From assembly GCA_036171675.1 (NCBI GenBank), contig JAVHRO010000080.1:10413-74412 (forward strand): DNA of 64,000 nt. The letters run 5' to 3'. Positions 29,418-39,172 of this stretch are shown piece after piece (positions within the stretch are counted from its first letter, which is position 1; every line of letters begins with the position of its first letter). Both the position numbers and the translations under genes were made by a program. The stretch is from Vicingus sp. GTDB lineage: Bacteria > Bacteroidota > Bacteroidia > Flavobacteriales_E > Vicingaceae. Under the pieces are notes generated by a model. It worked only from the letters and a program-made list of their open reading frames with translations. It had not been told where the DNA came from and did no database searches.

Positions 29418-30104
29418 ATGATTAATAAGGTTAAAAGAATTGTTTCGGAAGCTGAAATAGAGTTGTTAAATATTAAATACAAAAAACTATCGGTAGAAGA
29501 GCGTGTGGAGGAATTGTATAACGATTTTGAGGCAAAAGAAATTATGTTAACCTCTTCATTTGCGGCTACATCAGCGTTTTTATTGCATGTTTTTTCTAAA
29601 ATTAATTCAACCCAAAAAATTTATTTCATCAACACAGGTTACCATTTTAAAGACACCTTAGCGTACAAAGAACAATTGATTAGACTGTATCAATTAAATG
29701 TAGAAGATGTTTCTGCTGAAAAATGGGAACACGAATTTACTACCAAAGATGAAACGTGGAAAAAAGATCCAGACATGTGCTGTTCAATTAATAAAGTAAA
29801 ACCATTGGAATTAATAAAGGAGCGATATACCGTTTGGGTTTCTGGTTTGATGGAATGGCAAAGCGACCATAGAGCCACTTTAGATATTTTTGAAGACCGT
29901 GGGGGAATATTAAAATTTTATCCATTACTGGATGTAACTAAACAAAAAAGAGAAGAATATATCAAAAAAAACAATCTACCATTTCATCCATTAATTTCGA
30001 AAGGATATTCATCAATTGGTTGTAAACACTGCACAATCCCAGGTGATGATAGAGAAGGAAGATGGAACAATAACCCCAAAACAGAATGTGGGCTACACTT
30101 ATAA
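29418..30104 (+). CDS. cysH: APS/PAPS reductase CysH
   Basis: TSSF, NTGYHF, CC...CKHC, GRW, C-terminal ECGLH. Confidence 0.92.
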   Translation: MINKVKRIVSEAEIELLNIKYKKLSVEERVEELYNDFEAKEIMLTSSFAATSAFLLHVFSKINSTQKIYFINTGYHFKDTLAYKEQLIRLYQLNVEDVSAEKWEHEFTTKDETWKKDPDMCCSINKVKPLELIKERYTVWVSGLMEWQSDHRATLDIFEDRGGILKFYPLLDVTKQKREEYIKKNNLPFHPLISKGYSSIGCKHCTIPGDDREGRWNNNPKTECGLHL

Positions 30105-30134
30105 TAGCCACACCATAAATTAAAATACCTTACA

Positions 30135-30350
30135 TTATTCAACAGGAAGTTTAACTTGAATCTTATTCAGTTGCTTGGTTTGGTTATTGATTGCTTTTGG
30201 TGTTGGTGTTGGCGCAACTTCTTTGGTTTTTTCAGTTTGAGTTGCTTTCTCGGACGATGTGCTAGTGGCTGAAGGTGTTGATGTTTGAGCCGTTTTGCAA
30301 CTTGTAAAAGCTAATAACACAAGAGCTAATAAACTTACATTTTTAATCAT
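30135..30350 (-). CDS. Small Ser/Thr-rich lipoprotein
   Basis: Lipobox FTSC followed by low-complexity STPSATSTSSE; clean intergenic fit. Confidence 0.7.
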   Translation of the reverse strand: MIKNVSLLALVLLAFTSCKTAQTSTPSATSTSSEKATQTEKTKEVAPTPTPKAINNQTKQLNKIQVKLPVE

Positions 30351-30380
30351 AACATTTAATTTTTGGTAAAGTTAAACTTA

Positions 30381-31589
30381 TTATAAATATTTTCTGGTTA
30401 AAACTTTTACTGGAAACCAAGACGCAATAATTCCAATACAAATTACAATTAATGAAATGCTAGCAAAATCAATAAATTTAAGTTCCATCGGATAAAAATC
30501 TACAATTCCGCCATTAAGCCTCAATAAACCAAACGTCATTTGTAACCAGCACAGCAACGCACCAATAATCATTCCAGAAAATGCTCCTAACAAGTTGATG
30601 AGCATTCCTTCGGCAAAAAATAGTCGTCTGATTAGCCTATTATTAGCACCCATCGTTTTTAAAATCCAAACATCTTCTTTTTTATCGAGAATTAACATGG
30701 TTAAAGAACCAATAATATTGAATGACGCAATTACCAAAATAAAAGAAAGGATTAAAAATGTAATCCATTTTTCTGTTTCGTTGGTCTTAAAAACCAATTC
30801 ATTTAACTCGTGACGATTTTGAATGCGGAAGTTTTTTCCAAGAATTTTATGTAAATCGTTGGTCATATTTTTCCAATTGCTATTGGGTTTTAGCTGCAAT
30901 TCTATTGATGAGACTTGATTAGGTTTGTTTAGCAATTCTCTAACAAATGCTAATGAGCCTACCACATACTTGGTGTCGAAATCGGGGCTTATTGAAAAAA
31001 CTCCCGATGGGCTAGCATATTTTCGGTTAAATTCGTCGGTTGGTATTAGCGATTTTTGATTGCCTTTTTTTGGGATAATTACACTAACATCTTCTAAAGC
31101 ATTGGAATTAATAAATAACGACAAATTGTTGGCAATTCCATAACCAAAAAGCAAAAAATGCTTGGTTTCGGTATCCGATTGGTATTGACCATCAACCATA
31201 AGCGAATCTAACCCTGTAATTTTAAAAAATTGGGGCTCAACACCTTTTAACGTTGCAACAGTTTGCTTTTCGCCGTATTTAAATAGCGCTACATCTTCAA
31301 TATTTTCTGTTAAAAAGGCAATATCTTTAATGGTCAAAACCTTATTTTTTGGGAATGTTGACACATCAAAAGTTTTTCCAACTAATGCAGTGATTTTTAT
31401 ATCAGGGTCGAATGATGCGTAGAGTTTTTCTACTAAAGTTTGTAGTCCGTTAAATGCTGATAATACTATGACCAATGCCATGGTGGCGACGCCAATTCCA
31501 CTTACCGAAATCCAAGATATAATATTAATTACATTGTGCGATTTTTTTGAAATCAGGTATCGTTTGGCTATGTAAAATGGTAGGTTCAC
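30381..31589 (-). CDS. Lipoprotein-releasing ABC transporter permease LolC/E
   Basis: YIAKRYL.SKK, VLSAFNGL, FNIIGSLTML..K, FtsX-type C-terminus. Confidence 0.88.
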   Translation of the reverse strand: MNLPFYIAKRYLISKKSHNVINIISWISVSGIGVATMALVIVLSAFNGLQTLVEKLYASFDPDIKITALVGKTFDVSTFPKNKVLTIKDIAFLTENIEDVALFKYGEKQTVATLKGVEPQFFKITGLDSLMVDGQYQSDTETKHFLLFGYGIANNLSLFINSNALEDVSVIIPKKGNQKSLIPTDEFNRKYASPSGVFSISPDFDTKYVVGSLAFVRELLNKPNQVSSIELQLKPNSNWKNMTNDLHKILGKNFRIQNRHELNELVFKTNETEKWITFLILSFILVIASFNIIGSLTMLILDKKEDVWILKTMGANNRLIRRLFFAEGMLINLLGAFSGMIIGALLCWLQMTFGLLRLNGGIVDFYPMELKFIDFASISLIVICIGIIASWFPVKVLTRKYL

Positions 31590-31660
31590 AGTTTATCAGT
31601 TGTCAGTTCACAGTTAGCAGTCTTCAAACTTCTGACTTCGGTCTTCTGACTTCCAGCTTT
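31590..31660. repeat. Short-period (about 7 nt) tandem repeats
   Basis: cagttgtcagttcacagttagcag and cttctgacttcggtcttctgacttcc. Confidence 0.55.
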
Positions 31661-32002
31661 TCATAAATCTTTCATAGCTTCTTCTAAAGCTTCAGCATAA
31701 TCTATAGAATCGTCTAAATAGAAAGCCACTTCAGGAGTAATTCGCAATTGGTTTTTTATTCTGTTGCCCAATGCACCACGAACCAATTTTGATTGTGCAT
31801 TAGCAGATTTTATGCACTCCATAGGGTCTAATGCACCAAAAACACTTAAATACACTTTAGCAAAACTAAAATCTGGCGACACCCTTACTACTGTTACACT
31901 TACCATAGTGCCTGGAAACCAATTGGTACTATTTTGTTGAAAAATAGTACTCAACTCTTTTTGCAACAATCGGGCAACCTTGTTTTGTCTTACTGTACTC
32001 AT
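31661..32002 (-). CDS. rbfA: 30S ribosome-binding factor A
   Basis: RQNKVARLLQKEL, VRVSPD...AKVYLS, LRITPE..FYLDDS. Confidence 0.95.
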   Translation of the reverse strand: MSTVRQNKVARLLQKELSTIFQQNSTNWFPGTMVSVTVVRVSPDFSFAKVYLSVFGALDPMECIKSANAQSKLVRGALGNRIKNQLRITPEVAFYLDDSIDYAEALEEAMKDL

Positions 32003-32029
32003 GCAACAAAGATATGAAATACACTTGAG

Positions 32030-33226
32030 TTAATACAACAACTCGTTGGGGTAAATTCTAAGATGGGTTTTTTTTATGTTGTTGTACAACACTTCTTTTA
32101 ACTCGTCGATATTAATTTTTTTAAAAGCCGAAATATACACGGTAGGATGCGTGTTTTTACTCATCCACATTTTTTTTAAATCGTCGAGTGAATAATTTTC
32201 TTTAGTCACCGGCGATAGGTCGTCTGCATCTTTTTTGTTATAGGTAAAAGCGTCAATTTTATTAAACACCATAATTATGGGCTTATCTAAGGCCTTTAAT
32301 TCGCCCAATGTTTCATTTACCACATTAATTTGGTCTTCAAAATTGGGATGAGAAATATCTACAACATGAACTAAAACATCAGCTTCTCCTACCTCGTCAA
32401 GTGTCGATTTAAACGATTCCACCAAATGATGAGGCAATTTCCTGATAAACCCAACGGTATCGGTTAACAAAAAAGGCAAATTATCTATTACTACTTTTCG
32501 AATAGTGGTATCGAGCGTTGCAAATAATTTGTTCTCTGCAAATACGTCAGATTTGCTCAACATATTCATAATAGTAGATTTACCCACATTGGTATATCCT
32601 ACCAAAGCTACCCGAACCATTTGGGTACGTTGTTTTCGTTGTATAGATTTTTGACGGTCAATATCTTTAAGCTTTTCCTTAAGTAATGCTATTTTGGTTA
32701 AAATAATTCGTCTATCCGTTTCAATCTGTGTTTCACCAGGACCACGCAGCCCAATACCACCTTTTTGTCGTTCTAAGTGAGTCCACATCCTCGTTAAACG
32801 AGGTAATAAATATTGGCATTGAGCTAATTCAACTTGGGTACGAGCATTTGATGTTTGTGCTCTACTAGCAAAAATATCAAGAATTAAACTACTCCTATCC
32901 AACACTTTAATGTCTAAAACGCGTTCAATATTTCTAGCTTGCGAAGGCGATAATTCATCATCAAAAATAATAACATGAACCTCGTTTTCTTGGGTATAAG
33001 TTAAAATCTCATCCAGCTTTCCCTTGCCTACAAAGGTTTTTGGATCGGGGTATTCTAATTTTTGAGTAAATCGTTTAACTTCTATTGCGCCAGCTGTTTC
33101 AGCCAAAAAAGCCAATTCATCCAGATATTCTTTTAATTGAATAGCATCTTGATTTTTAGTAACAACACCTACTAAAACAGCTCTTTCCTGAATGGCCTCG
33201 TTAGTTATATGAAGTTTGTCTTTCAT
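32030..33226 (-). CDS. hflX: GTPase HflX
   Basis: GPGETQIETDRR, GYTNVGKST, LFATLD, DTVGFI, NKID. Confidence 0.97.
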   Translation of the reverse strand: MKDKLHITNEAIQERAVLVGVVTKNQDAIQLKEYLDELAFLAETAGAIEVKRFTQKLEYPDPKTFVGKGKLDEILTYTQENEVHVIIFDDELSPSQARNIERVLDIKVLDRSSLILDIFASRAQTSNARTQVELAQCQYLLPRLTRMWTHLERQKGGIGLRGPGETQIETDRRIILTKIALLKEKLKDIDRQKSIQRKQRTQMVRVALVGYTNVGKSTIMNMLSKSDVFAENKLFATLDTTIRKVVIDNLPFLLTDTVGFIRKLPHHLVESFKSTLDEVGEADVLVHVVDISHPNFEDQINVVNETLGELKALDKPIIMVFNKIDAFTYNKKDADDLSPVTKENYSLDDLKKMWMSKNTHPTVYISAFKKINIDELKEVLYNNIKKTHLRIYPNELLY

Positions 33227-33278
33227 GGTTTATTGACTAATACATTAATTGTTTGGCACGAAATACACCAATTATAAT

Positions 33279-33719
33279 TTAATACATTCCTGCGCCCAAG
33301 ATGGTTGGTTTTATTAAGCCTGCCCACAAAATTAACACAAATGCTATGGTATAGAATATAGCACTTTTCTTAAATTTTATTTCGCTCGTTTCAGCTTTTT
33401 TAGATAAAACTCTGCCTAGCGTAATCAGCACAATAGCAATCAACATAGTAAAACCATGTTCAACTACCCAAAATCGAAGGGTGGCGTCTTTCATAGCCAC
33501 TGCCATTCCAACAATTTTAGGGCTAACAAAATAAATAATTACACCAAAAACAAATTGCAAATGAGTTACACTTAATAATATTAAAGCGATTAAGTTATCA
33601 TTTTTAGAATATTCCTTTTTTCCAAACCAACCACTAAAAGATTTTATTATAGCAATTACAAGAAAAATGACAACCAACCATCTAAATCCAGCATGAAGAT
33701 GTAAAAACGCATTATACAT
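33279..33719 (-). CDS. Four-TM Bacteroidota membrane protein ('cytochrome B'-like hypothetical)
   Basis: HLHAGFRW, THLQ, EHGFTM conserved His positions across 4 TM helices. Confidence 0.7.
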   Translation of the reverse strand: MYNAFLHLHAGFRWLVVIFLVIAIIKSFSGWFGKKEYSKNDNLIALILLSVTHLQFVFGVIIYFVSPKIVGMAVAMKDATLRFWVVEHGFTMLIAIVLITLGRVLSKKAETSEIKFKKSAIFYTIAFVLILWAGLIKPTILGAGMY

Positions 33720-33863
33720 AGTTAAATATTTTTAGTTCGACCACAAAATTAATTAAAAACAAGTGGATAATGGATAGTCTAAAAATAATTAGCTAAAACA
33801 TTAAAATACCAACTTTGTATAAACTTAAAACGGTATTTTTGAATCAACGTTAATTCCAACCCA

Positions 33864-36800
33864 ATGATTAAATTTTTATTGACCATTTTTTTGTTACTAA
33901 AATTCGTCTGCTTAAATGCGCAAGAAACCTTTATAACTAACGGAACTCACAACAAAATCCAAAATTACTACGCTTTTAAAAATGCAACCATTTTTGTTGA
34001 TTATCAAACCAAAATTGAAAACGGTGTTTTAATTATTAAAGAAGGAAAAGTTGTTGAAGTCGGGACTACAAATGCGGTAAAAATTCCTGCGAATGCGGTT
34101 GTTTACGATTTAAAAGGCAAATTTATTTACCCTTCGTTAATAGATATTTATACAGATTATGGTATGCCAAAAGTTGAAAAAGAAGGTAGAGAACGTTTTA
34201 ATCAACAATTTGAAACCAATAAAAAGGGGGCATACAATTGGAATCAAGCTGTACACCCTGAAGTTGAATCAGGACAATTGTTTGCTGTTGACGATAAAAA
34301 AGCGGAAGAATTAAGGAAATTAGGTTTTGGAACTGTTTTGACGCATCAGCAAGACGGAATTGTTAGAGGTACTTCAGCATTGGTAACGCTTGCTAATGAC
34401 CAAGCCAATCAAATAATGATTAACGATAAAGTGGCTTCACATTTATCGTTTAACAAAGGCTCTTCTACACAAGATTATCCGGGATCGTTAATGGGTTCTA
34501 TTGCCTTAATTCGACAAACGTATTACGATGTAGATTGGTATTTTAATAACAAAAATTTACCAGAATACAACATTTCATTAGCAAAAATGATGGAAAATTG
34601 GGCATTACCTTCCATTTTTGAGGTGCAAGATAAACTAGATATTTTACGTGCCGACAAAATTGGTGATGAGTTTGAAGTACAATACATTTTTAAAGGTGTT
34701 GGTGATGAATATGAAAGAATTAACGAAATTAAAGCAACTGGCGGAAAATTAATTATTCCAGTAAATTTCCCCGAAGCTTATGATGTTGCCGACCCTTATG
34801 TTGCTATGTTGATTCCGTTTAGTGATTTAAAAAGATGGGAAATGGCCCCTTACAACTTAGGAATTATTGCTAAAAATCAAGTAGATTTTGCCATAACAAC
34901 GAGTGGTTTAAAGGACCAAAAAGTGTTTTTCGAAAACCTTAGAAAAGCCATAAAAAATGGACTAACCGAACAAGATGCCCTTAAAGCATTAACGTATTCG
35001 CCTGCCCAATTTGTAAAGGCTTACGATAAAGTGGGTAGTTTGGAAAAAGACAAGTTGGCGAATTTTATCATTACTTCAAGTAACTTATTCGACGAAAAAA
35101 ATATCATACACGAAAACTGGATCAAAGGAACAAAATATCTTATCAACGATTACAATGTTCTTGATATTCGTGGAACTTACAATTTGAAAATTGCCGAAAA
35201 AGTATATGCTCTAAAAGTAAAAGGCGAACTAGAAAGTCTTATTGGAGAAATTCAACTCAGTAATAAAAATGGTAGTGGAAAATTTGATACCACCAACATT
35301 GCTGTTGATATTAAACTGCAAACCAATAACATTTCGTTAAACTTTAATCCAAACGACGAATTTTCTAAAAACATGATTCGGTTAAGCGGTTATGTAAATT
35401 ACAACACCGTAATTTGGGAGGGAAATGGACAATTTGCCAATGGTGAATGGCTGAAATGGTCGGCTATAAAAGGAGAAAACGTAAAAGAAATTAAAAACAA
35501 AACGGATACAACGAAAATTGATTCGTTAATAATCCCAAAAATGTATTACCCCAACATGAGTTTTGGTTTTGACTCTATTCCAAAAGCAACAACCATTTTA
35601 ATCAAAAACACCACTGTTTGGACTAACGAAACAGAAGGAATTTTAAAAAATACCGATGTATTGTTGAAAGATGGAAAAATAGTTCAAATAGGTAAAGATT
35701 TGGTTGCAGATAGTGCTTTGGAGGTGGATGGAACAAACAAACACTTAACAGCAGGAATTATTGACGAACACTCACACATTGCCATAAGCAGAGGCGTTAA
35801 CGAATGTACACAGGCTGTTACTGCCGAAGTAAGCATTGCTGATGTGGTAGATTGCGACGATATTAACATTTACCGACAATTAGCTGGTGGTGTGGTGGCT
35901 TCTCAATTGCTACATGGCTCATGTAACCCTATTGGCGGACAATCGGCATTAATAAAACTAAAATGGGGAAGTAGCCCTGAGGAGATGAAAATTAAGGAAA
36001 CCGACGGTTTTATCAAATTTGCGTTGGGCGAAAATGTAAAACAATCGAACTGGGGTCCATTTAACCGTTCACGTTTTCCTCAAACCCGAATGGGTGTGGA
36101 GCAAGTTTATTACGATGCATTTATTCGTGCAAAAGAATACCAAAATGCTTGGAATGCCTTTGCAACACTTTCCCCTAAAATGAAAGAAACAAGTTACGCT
36201 CCACGTATCGATTTAGAAATGGAAACCCTAAACGAAATCTTAAACAAAGAACGTTTCATTTCTTGTCATTCCTATGTTCAATCGGAAATTAATATGCTCA
36301 TGCACGTTGCCGATTCGATGGGTTTTAGCGTAAATACATTTACCCATATTTTAGAAGGATATAAAATTGCCGACAAAATGAAAGCACATGCTGCCGGGGG
36401 AGCAACTTTCTCCGATTGGTGGGCATACAAATTTGAAGTAAACGATGCCATTCCATACAATGCTGCTATCATGAATAAACAAGGAATTGTTACCGCTATC
36501 AATTCTGATGATGCAGAAATGGGGCGTCGGTTAAATCAGGAGGCAGCTAAATCGGTTAAATATGGCGGAATGAGTGAAGAAGATGCTTTAAAAATGGTAA
36601 CCTTAAATCCTGCAAAATTATTGCATTTAGATAATCAAATAGGAAGTATTAAAGTGGGTAAGAGTGCCGATGTGGTATTATGGACAGCAAATCCTCTATC
36701 TATTTATGCAACCGTTGATAAAACCATTATAGAAGGTGTGGTTTATTTTGATAGAGTAACCGATGAATTGTTGCAAAAGAAATTTGCAGCCGAAAAAACT

Positions 36801-36908
36801 ACCTTAATTGAAAAAATGCTTGAGGTGAAAAAAAATGGAGGGAAAACCCAAAAACCTCAGGCAAAACCTAAACATAATTATCATTGCGATACGGTTGGCG
36901 AACTATAA
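33864..36908 (+). CDS. Secreted amidohydrolase family protein with two amidohydrolase domains
   Basis: Signal peptide; second domain GIIDEHSH, CHSY, FTHILEG, NSDD, VTLNPA; first domain has IDIYTD in place of the HxH motif. Confidence 0.88.
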   Translation: MIKFLLTIFLLLKFVCLNAQETFITNGTHNKIQNYYAFKNATIFVDYQTKIENGVLIIKEGKVVEVGTTNAVKIPANAVVYDLKGKFIYPSLIDIYTDYGMPKVEKEGRERFNQQFETNKKGAYNWNQAVHPEVESGQLFAVDDKKAEELRKLGFGTVLTHQQDGIVRGTSALVTLANDQANQIMINDKVASHLSFNKGSSTQDYPGSLMGSIALIRQTYYDVDWYFNNKNLPEYNISLAKMMENWALPSIFEVQDKLDILRADKIGDEFEVQYIFKGVGDEYERINEIKATGGKLIIPVNFPEAYDVADPYVAMLIPFSDLKRWEMAPYNLGIIAKNQVDFAITTSGLKDQKVFFENLRKAIKNGLTEQDALKALTYSPAQFVKAYDKVGSLEKDKLANFIITSSNLFDEKNIIHENWIKGTKYLINDYNVLDIRGTYNLKIAEKVYALKVKGELESLIGEIQLSNKNGSGKFDTTNIAVDIKLQTNNISLNFNPNDEFSKNMIRLSGYVNYNTVIWEGNGQFANGEWLKWSAIKGENVKEIKNKTDTTKIDSLIIPKMYYPNMSFGFDSIPKATTILIKNTTVWTNETEGILKNTDVLLKDGKIVQIGKDLVADSALEVDGTNKHLTAGIIDEHSHIAISRGVNECTQAVTAEVSIADVVDCDDINIYRQLAGGVVASQLLHGSCNPIGGQSALIKLKWGSSPEEMKIKETDGFIKFALGENVKQSNWGPFNRSRFPQTRMGVEQVYYDAFIRAKEYQNAWNAFATLSPKMKETSYAPRIDLEMETLNEILNKERFISCHSYVQSEINMLMHVADSMGFSVNTFTHILEGYKIADKMKAHAAGGATFSDWWAYKFEVNDAIPYNAAIMNKQGIVTAINSDDAEMGRRLNQEAAKSVKYGGMSEEDALKMVTLNPAKLLHLDNQIGSIKVGKSADVVLWTANPLSIYATVDKTIIEGVVYFDRVTDELLQKKFAAEKTTLIEKMLEVKKNGGKTQKPQAKPKHNYHCDTVGEL

Positions 36909-36969
36909 TTAGACAATTAAATGATTTGAAAATGTGATAATTAATATACTCGCATCAAACATAAAAATT

Positions 36970-38268
36970 ATGAAAACAACATCTATTTTACTAGCAATAA
37001 CTTTCTTCTTTCTTTTTTCAACTTTCTACTGTGTAGCACAAGTTGAAACTCCTGCACCAACACAAACCAAATCCATTTTATTAATGAATGGTGTTGCTCA
37101 TTTAGGCAACGGAAATGTCATTGAAAATTCAGTTATTGCTTTTAAACACGGAAAACTGACTATGGTTGCCGATGCTCGTGTGGTAAAAATTAATCCAAAA
37201 GAATTTGACACTATAATTAATATACAGGGCAAACATGTTTATCCTGGATTTATTGCTCCAAACTCTACTTTGGGTTTGGTAGAAATTGATGCCGTTAGAG
37301 CAAGTGATGACCAATATGAAACAGGAAATTTTACTCCTCATGTTCGCTCGTTAATTGCCTATAATGCCGAATCGAAAATTACCACTACGGTTAGAAGTAA
37401 TGGGGTGTTGATGGCACAAATAACGCCAAGAGGAAACGTGGTTTCAGGTACTTCCTCAATTGTTCAGTTGGATGCATGGAACTGGGAAGATGCTACATAC
37501 AAAAAAGACGACGGAATTCATGTAAACTGGCATCGAATGTATAATCCTTGGACTGGAAAACCCAACGAAAAATACACCGAAAATGTAAATGAGTTAAAAA
37601 CCTTTTTTGCCGATGCTTTGGCTTACTCAAAGGTAGCAAGTTATCCCGAAAAAAACCTGCGTTTCGAATCCATGAGGGGTTTGTTTAATGGTTCTCAAAC
37701 CTTGTATATCCATACCAATTATGTAAAAGAAATTACCGATGCCGTTTATTTTGCAAAGGCTTACGATATTAAAAAAGTAGTTCTTGTTGGTGGTTATGAT
37801 GCTTGGATGGTGGCTGATATGCTAAAAGATAATAATGTTTCAATCATGTTAAAAAGAGTTCACGATTTGCCTATAAACCAAGATGATGATGTGTATTTAC
37901 CGTACAAATTACCCAAGAAATTGTTAGCTGCTGGCGTGTTATTTTGTATAGAAAATTCGGGCGATATGGAAGCTATGAATACACGAAATTTACCTTTTTT
38001 AGCTGGAACTACTGCTGCTTATGGTTTAACCAAAGAACAAGCCTTACAACTAATTACTTTAAATACAGCTAAAATTTTGGGCATTGATGCAACTTGTGGT
38101 AGTCTTGAACCGGGAAAAGACGCTACCTTGTTTATCTCAACAGGTGATGCATTAGACATGGAAACCAACAATGTAGAAGAAGCATTTATTCAAGGTAGAA
38201 AACTTGATTTAGACAATTTCCAGAAAAAATTATACAAAAAGTATAGCGAGAAGTACGAGGTAAAATAA
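36970..38268 (+). CDS. Secreted amidohydrolase family protein (degenerate metal site)
   Basis: GKHVYPGFIAPNSTLG, ITLNTAKILG..GSLEPGKDA; start reassigned to ATG 36970 (signal peptide MKTTSILL). Confidence 0.85.
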   Translation: MKTTSILLAITFFFLFSTFYCVAQVETPAPTQTKSILLMNGVAHLGNGNVIENSVIAFKHGKLTMVADARVVKINPKEFDTIINIQGKHVYPGFIAPNSTLGLVEIDAVRASDDQYETGNFTPHVRSLIAYNAESKITTTVRSNGVLMAQITPRGNVVSGTSSIVQLDAWNWEDATYKKDDGIHVNWHRMYNPWTGKPNEKYTENVNELKTFFADALAYSKVASYPEKNLRFESMRGLFNGSQTLYIHTNYVKEITDAVYFAKAYDIKKVVLVGGYDAWMVADMLKDNNVSIMLKRVHDLPINQDDDVYLPYKLPKKLLAAGVLFCIENSGDMEAMNTRNLPFLAGTTAAYGLTKEQALQLITLNTAKILGIDATCGSLEPGKDATLFISTGDALDMETNNVEEAFIQGRKLDLDNFQKKLYKKYSEKYEVK

Positions 38269-38339
38269 AGGCAAAGTTAAAAAGGGTCACTTCGTTCGTT
38301 CAAATGGAGGTTCATCATTTACTGCTTTTTCTTTCGCTA

Positions 38340-39054
38340 TCTTCGTCCCCCGAGTACTCGGGGGAACCAGTGGTTAATTGTTAATAGAAATAGGAAAGTA
38401 TTGTGATCTATCCGTCAGCTGACGGACTGCCTACGTAGGAGAGGGGTTGAGTACGTCCCTGCGAAGGCAGGGAACCAGTGGTTTTCCTTATTATATTCGA
38501 AATAATTAGGAATAGTGTTTTGGTCTAGACTCCTGCCTTCGCAGGAGAGGTGTTTCAGCCAACGTTCTGAGTACTCGGGACAATAGTTATTTTGTTTGTG
38601 GGGACACAAACGAAAGCTAGGAAAACTGTCAATTCGTCCGTCAGCTGACGGATTACGAAGCGTATCGAGAAAGCGATAGTTTTTATCTAAAATTTCTTTT
38701 GTTTGTCATGCTGAACAATATTTTGTGTCCTAGCCTGCCCCGATTTCTCGGGGAGTATTCGGGGCTACAAAATGAAGTGAAGCATCTATTTTAAAACATT
38801 TGTTCCTTTTCAATCAGATTATTAATATCATTTTTATTGTTATAAATAGGTATTAATTCTACTTTGTGGTCTTCACTTCGTTTGTTTTACATAAATCATA
38901 CTGATTTCTGAACAAACATCGTTCAGAATGACAAGAGGCTCATCATTTCGTGTTTATCTTTCTTTTGTCATACCTTCCTTTCTTTTGTCATGCTGAACAA
39001 AATTTATGCAAAAAACCAGTTGGGGTTTTTGTAAATAAATGAAGTGAAGCATCT
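38340..39054. repeat. Dense REP/palindrome cluster
   Basis: cccccgagtactcggggg (38347-38364); tccgtcagctgacgga x2 (38411-38426, 38637-38652); ccctgcgaaggcaggg/ctcctgccttcgcaggag; gtcatgctgaac...gaagtgaagcatct x2. Confidence 0.85.
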
Positions 39055-39172
39055 AATTTTTTCCAGCACATCAAATACTGATTAACCCTATTACTATTAA
39101 TTATCATCCTCAGATTTTATAACTCCATATTTATCTGTTTTAAGATTATTTATTTCAAATTTTCAGCTTGAT

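Noticed and set aside
38269-39172. CRISPR array or ncRNA in the repeat-dense gap; ORF 38415..38609
   Set aside because: Repeats are palindromic, of several families and irregularly spaced, with no constant repeat-spacer period and no cas genes. The ORF consists of REP sequence.
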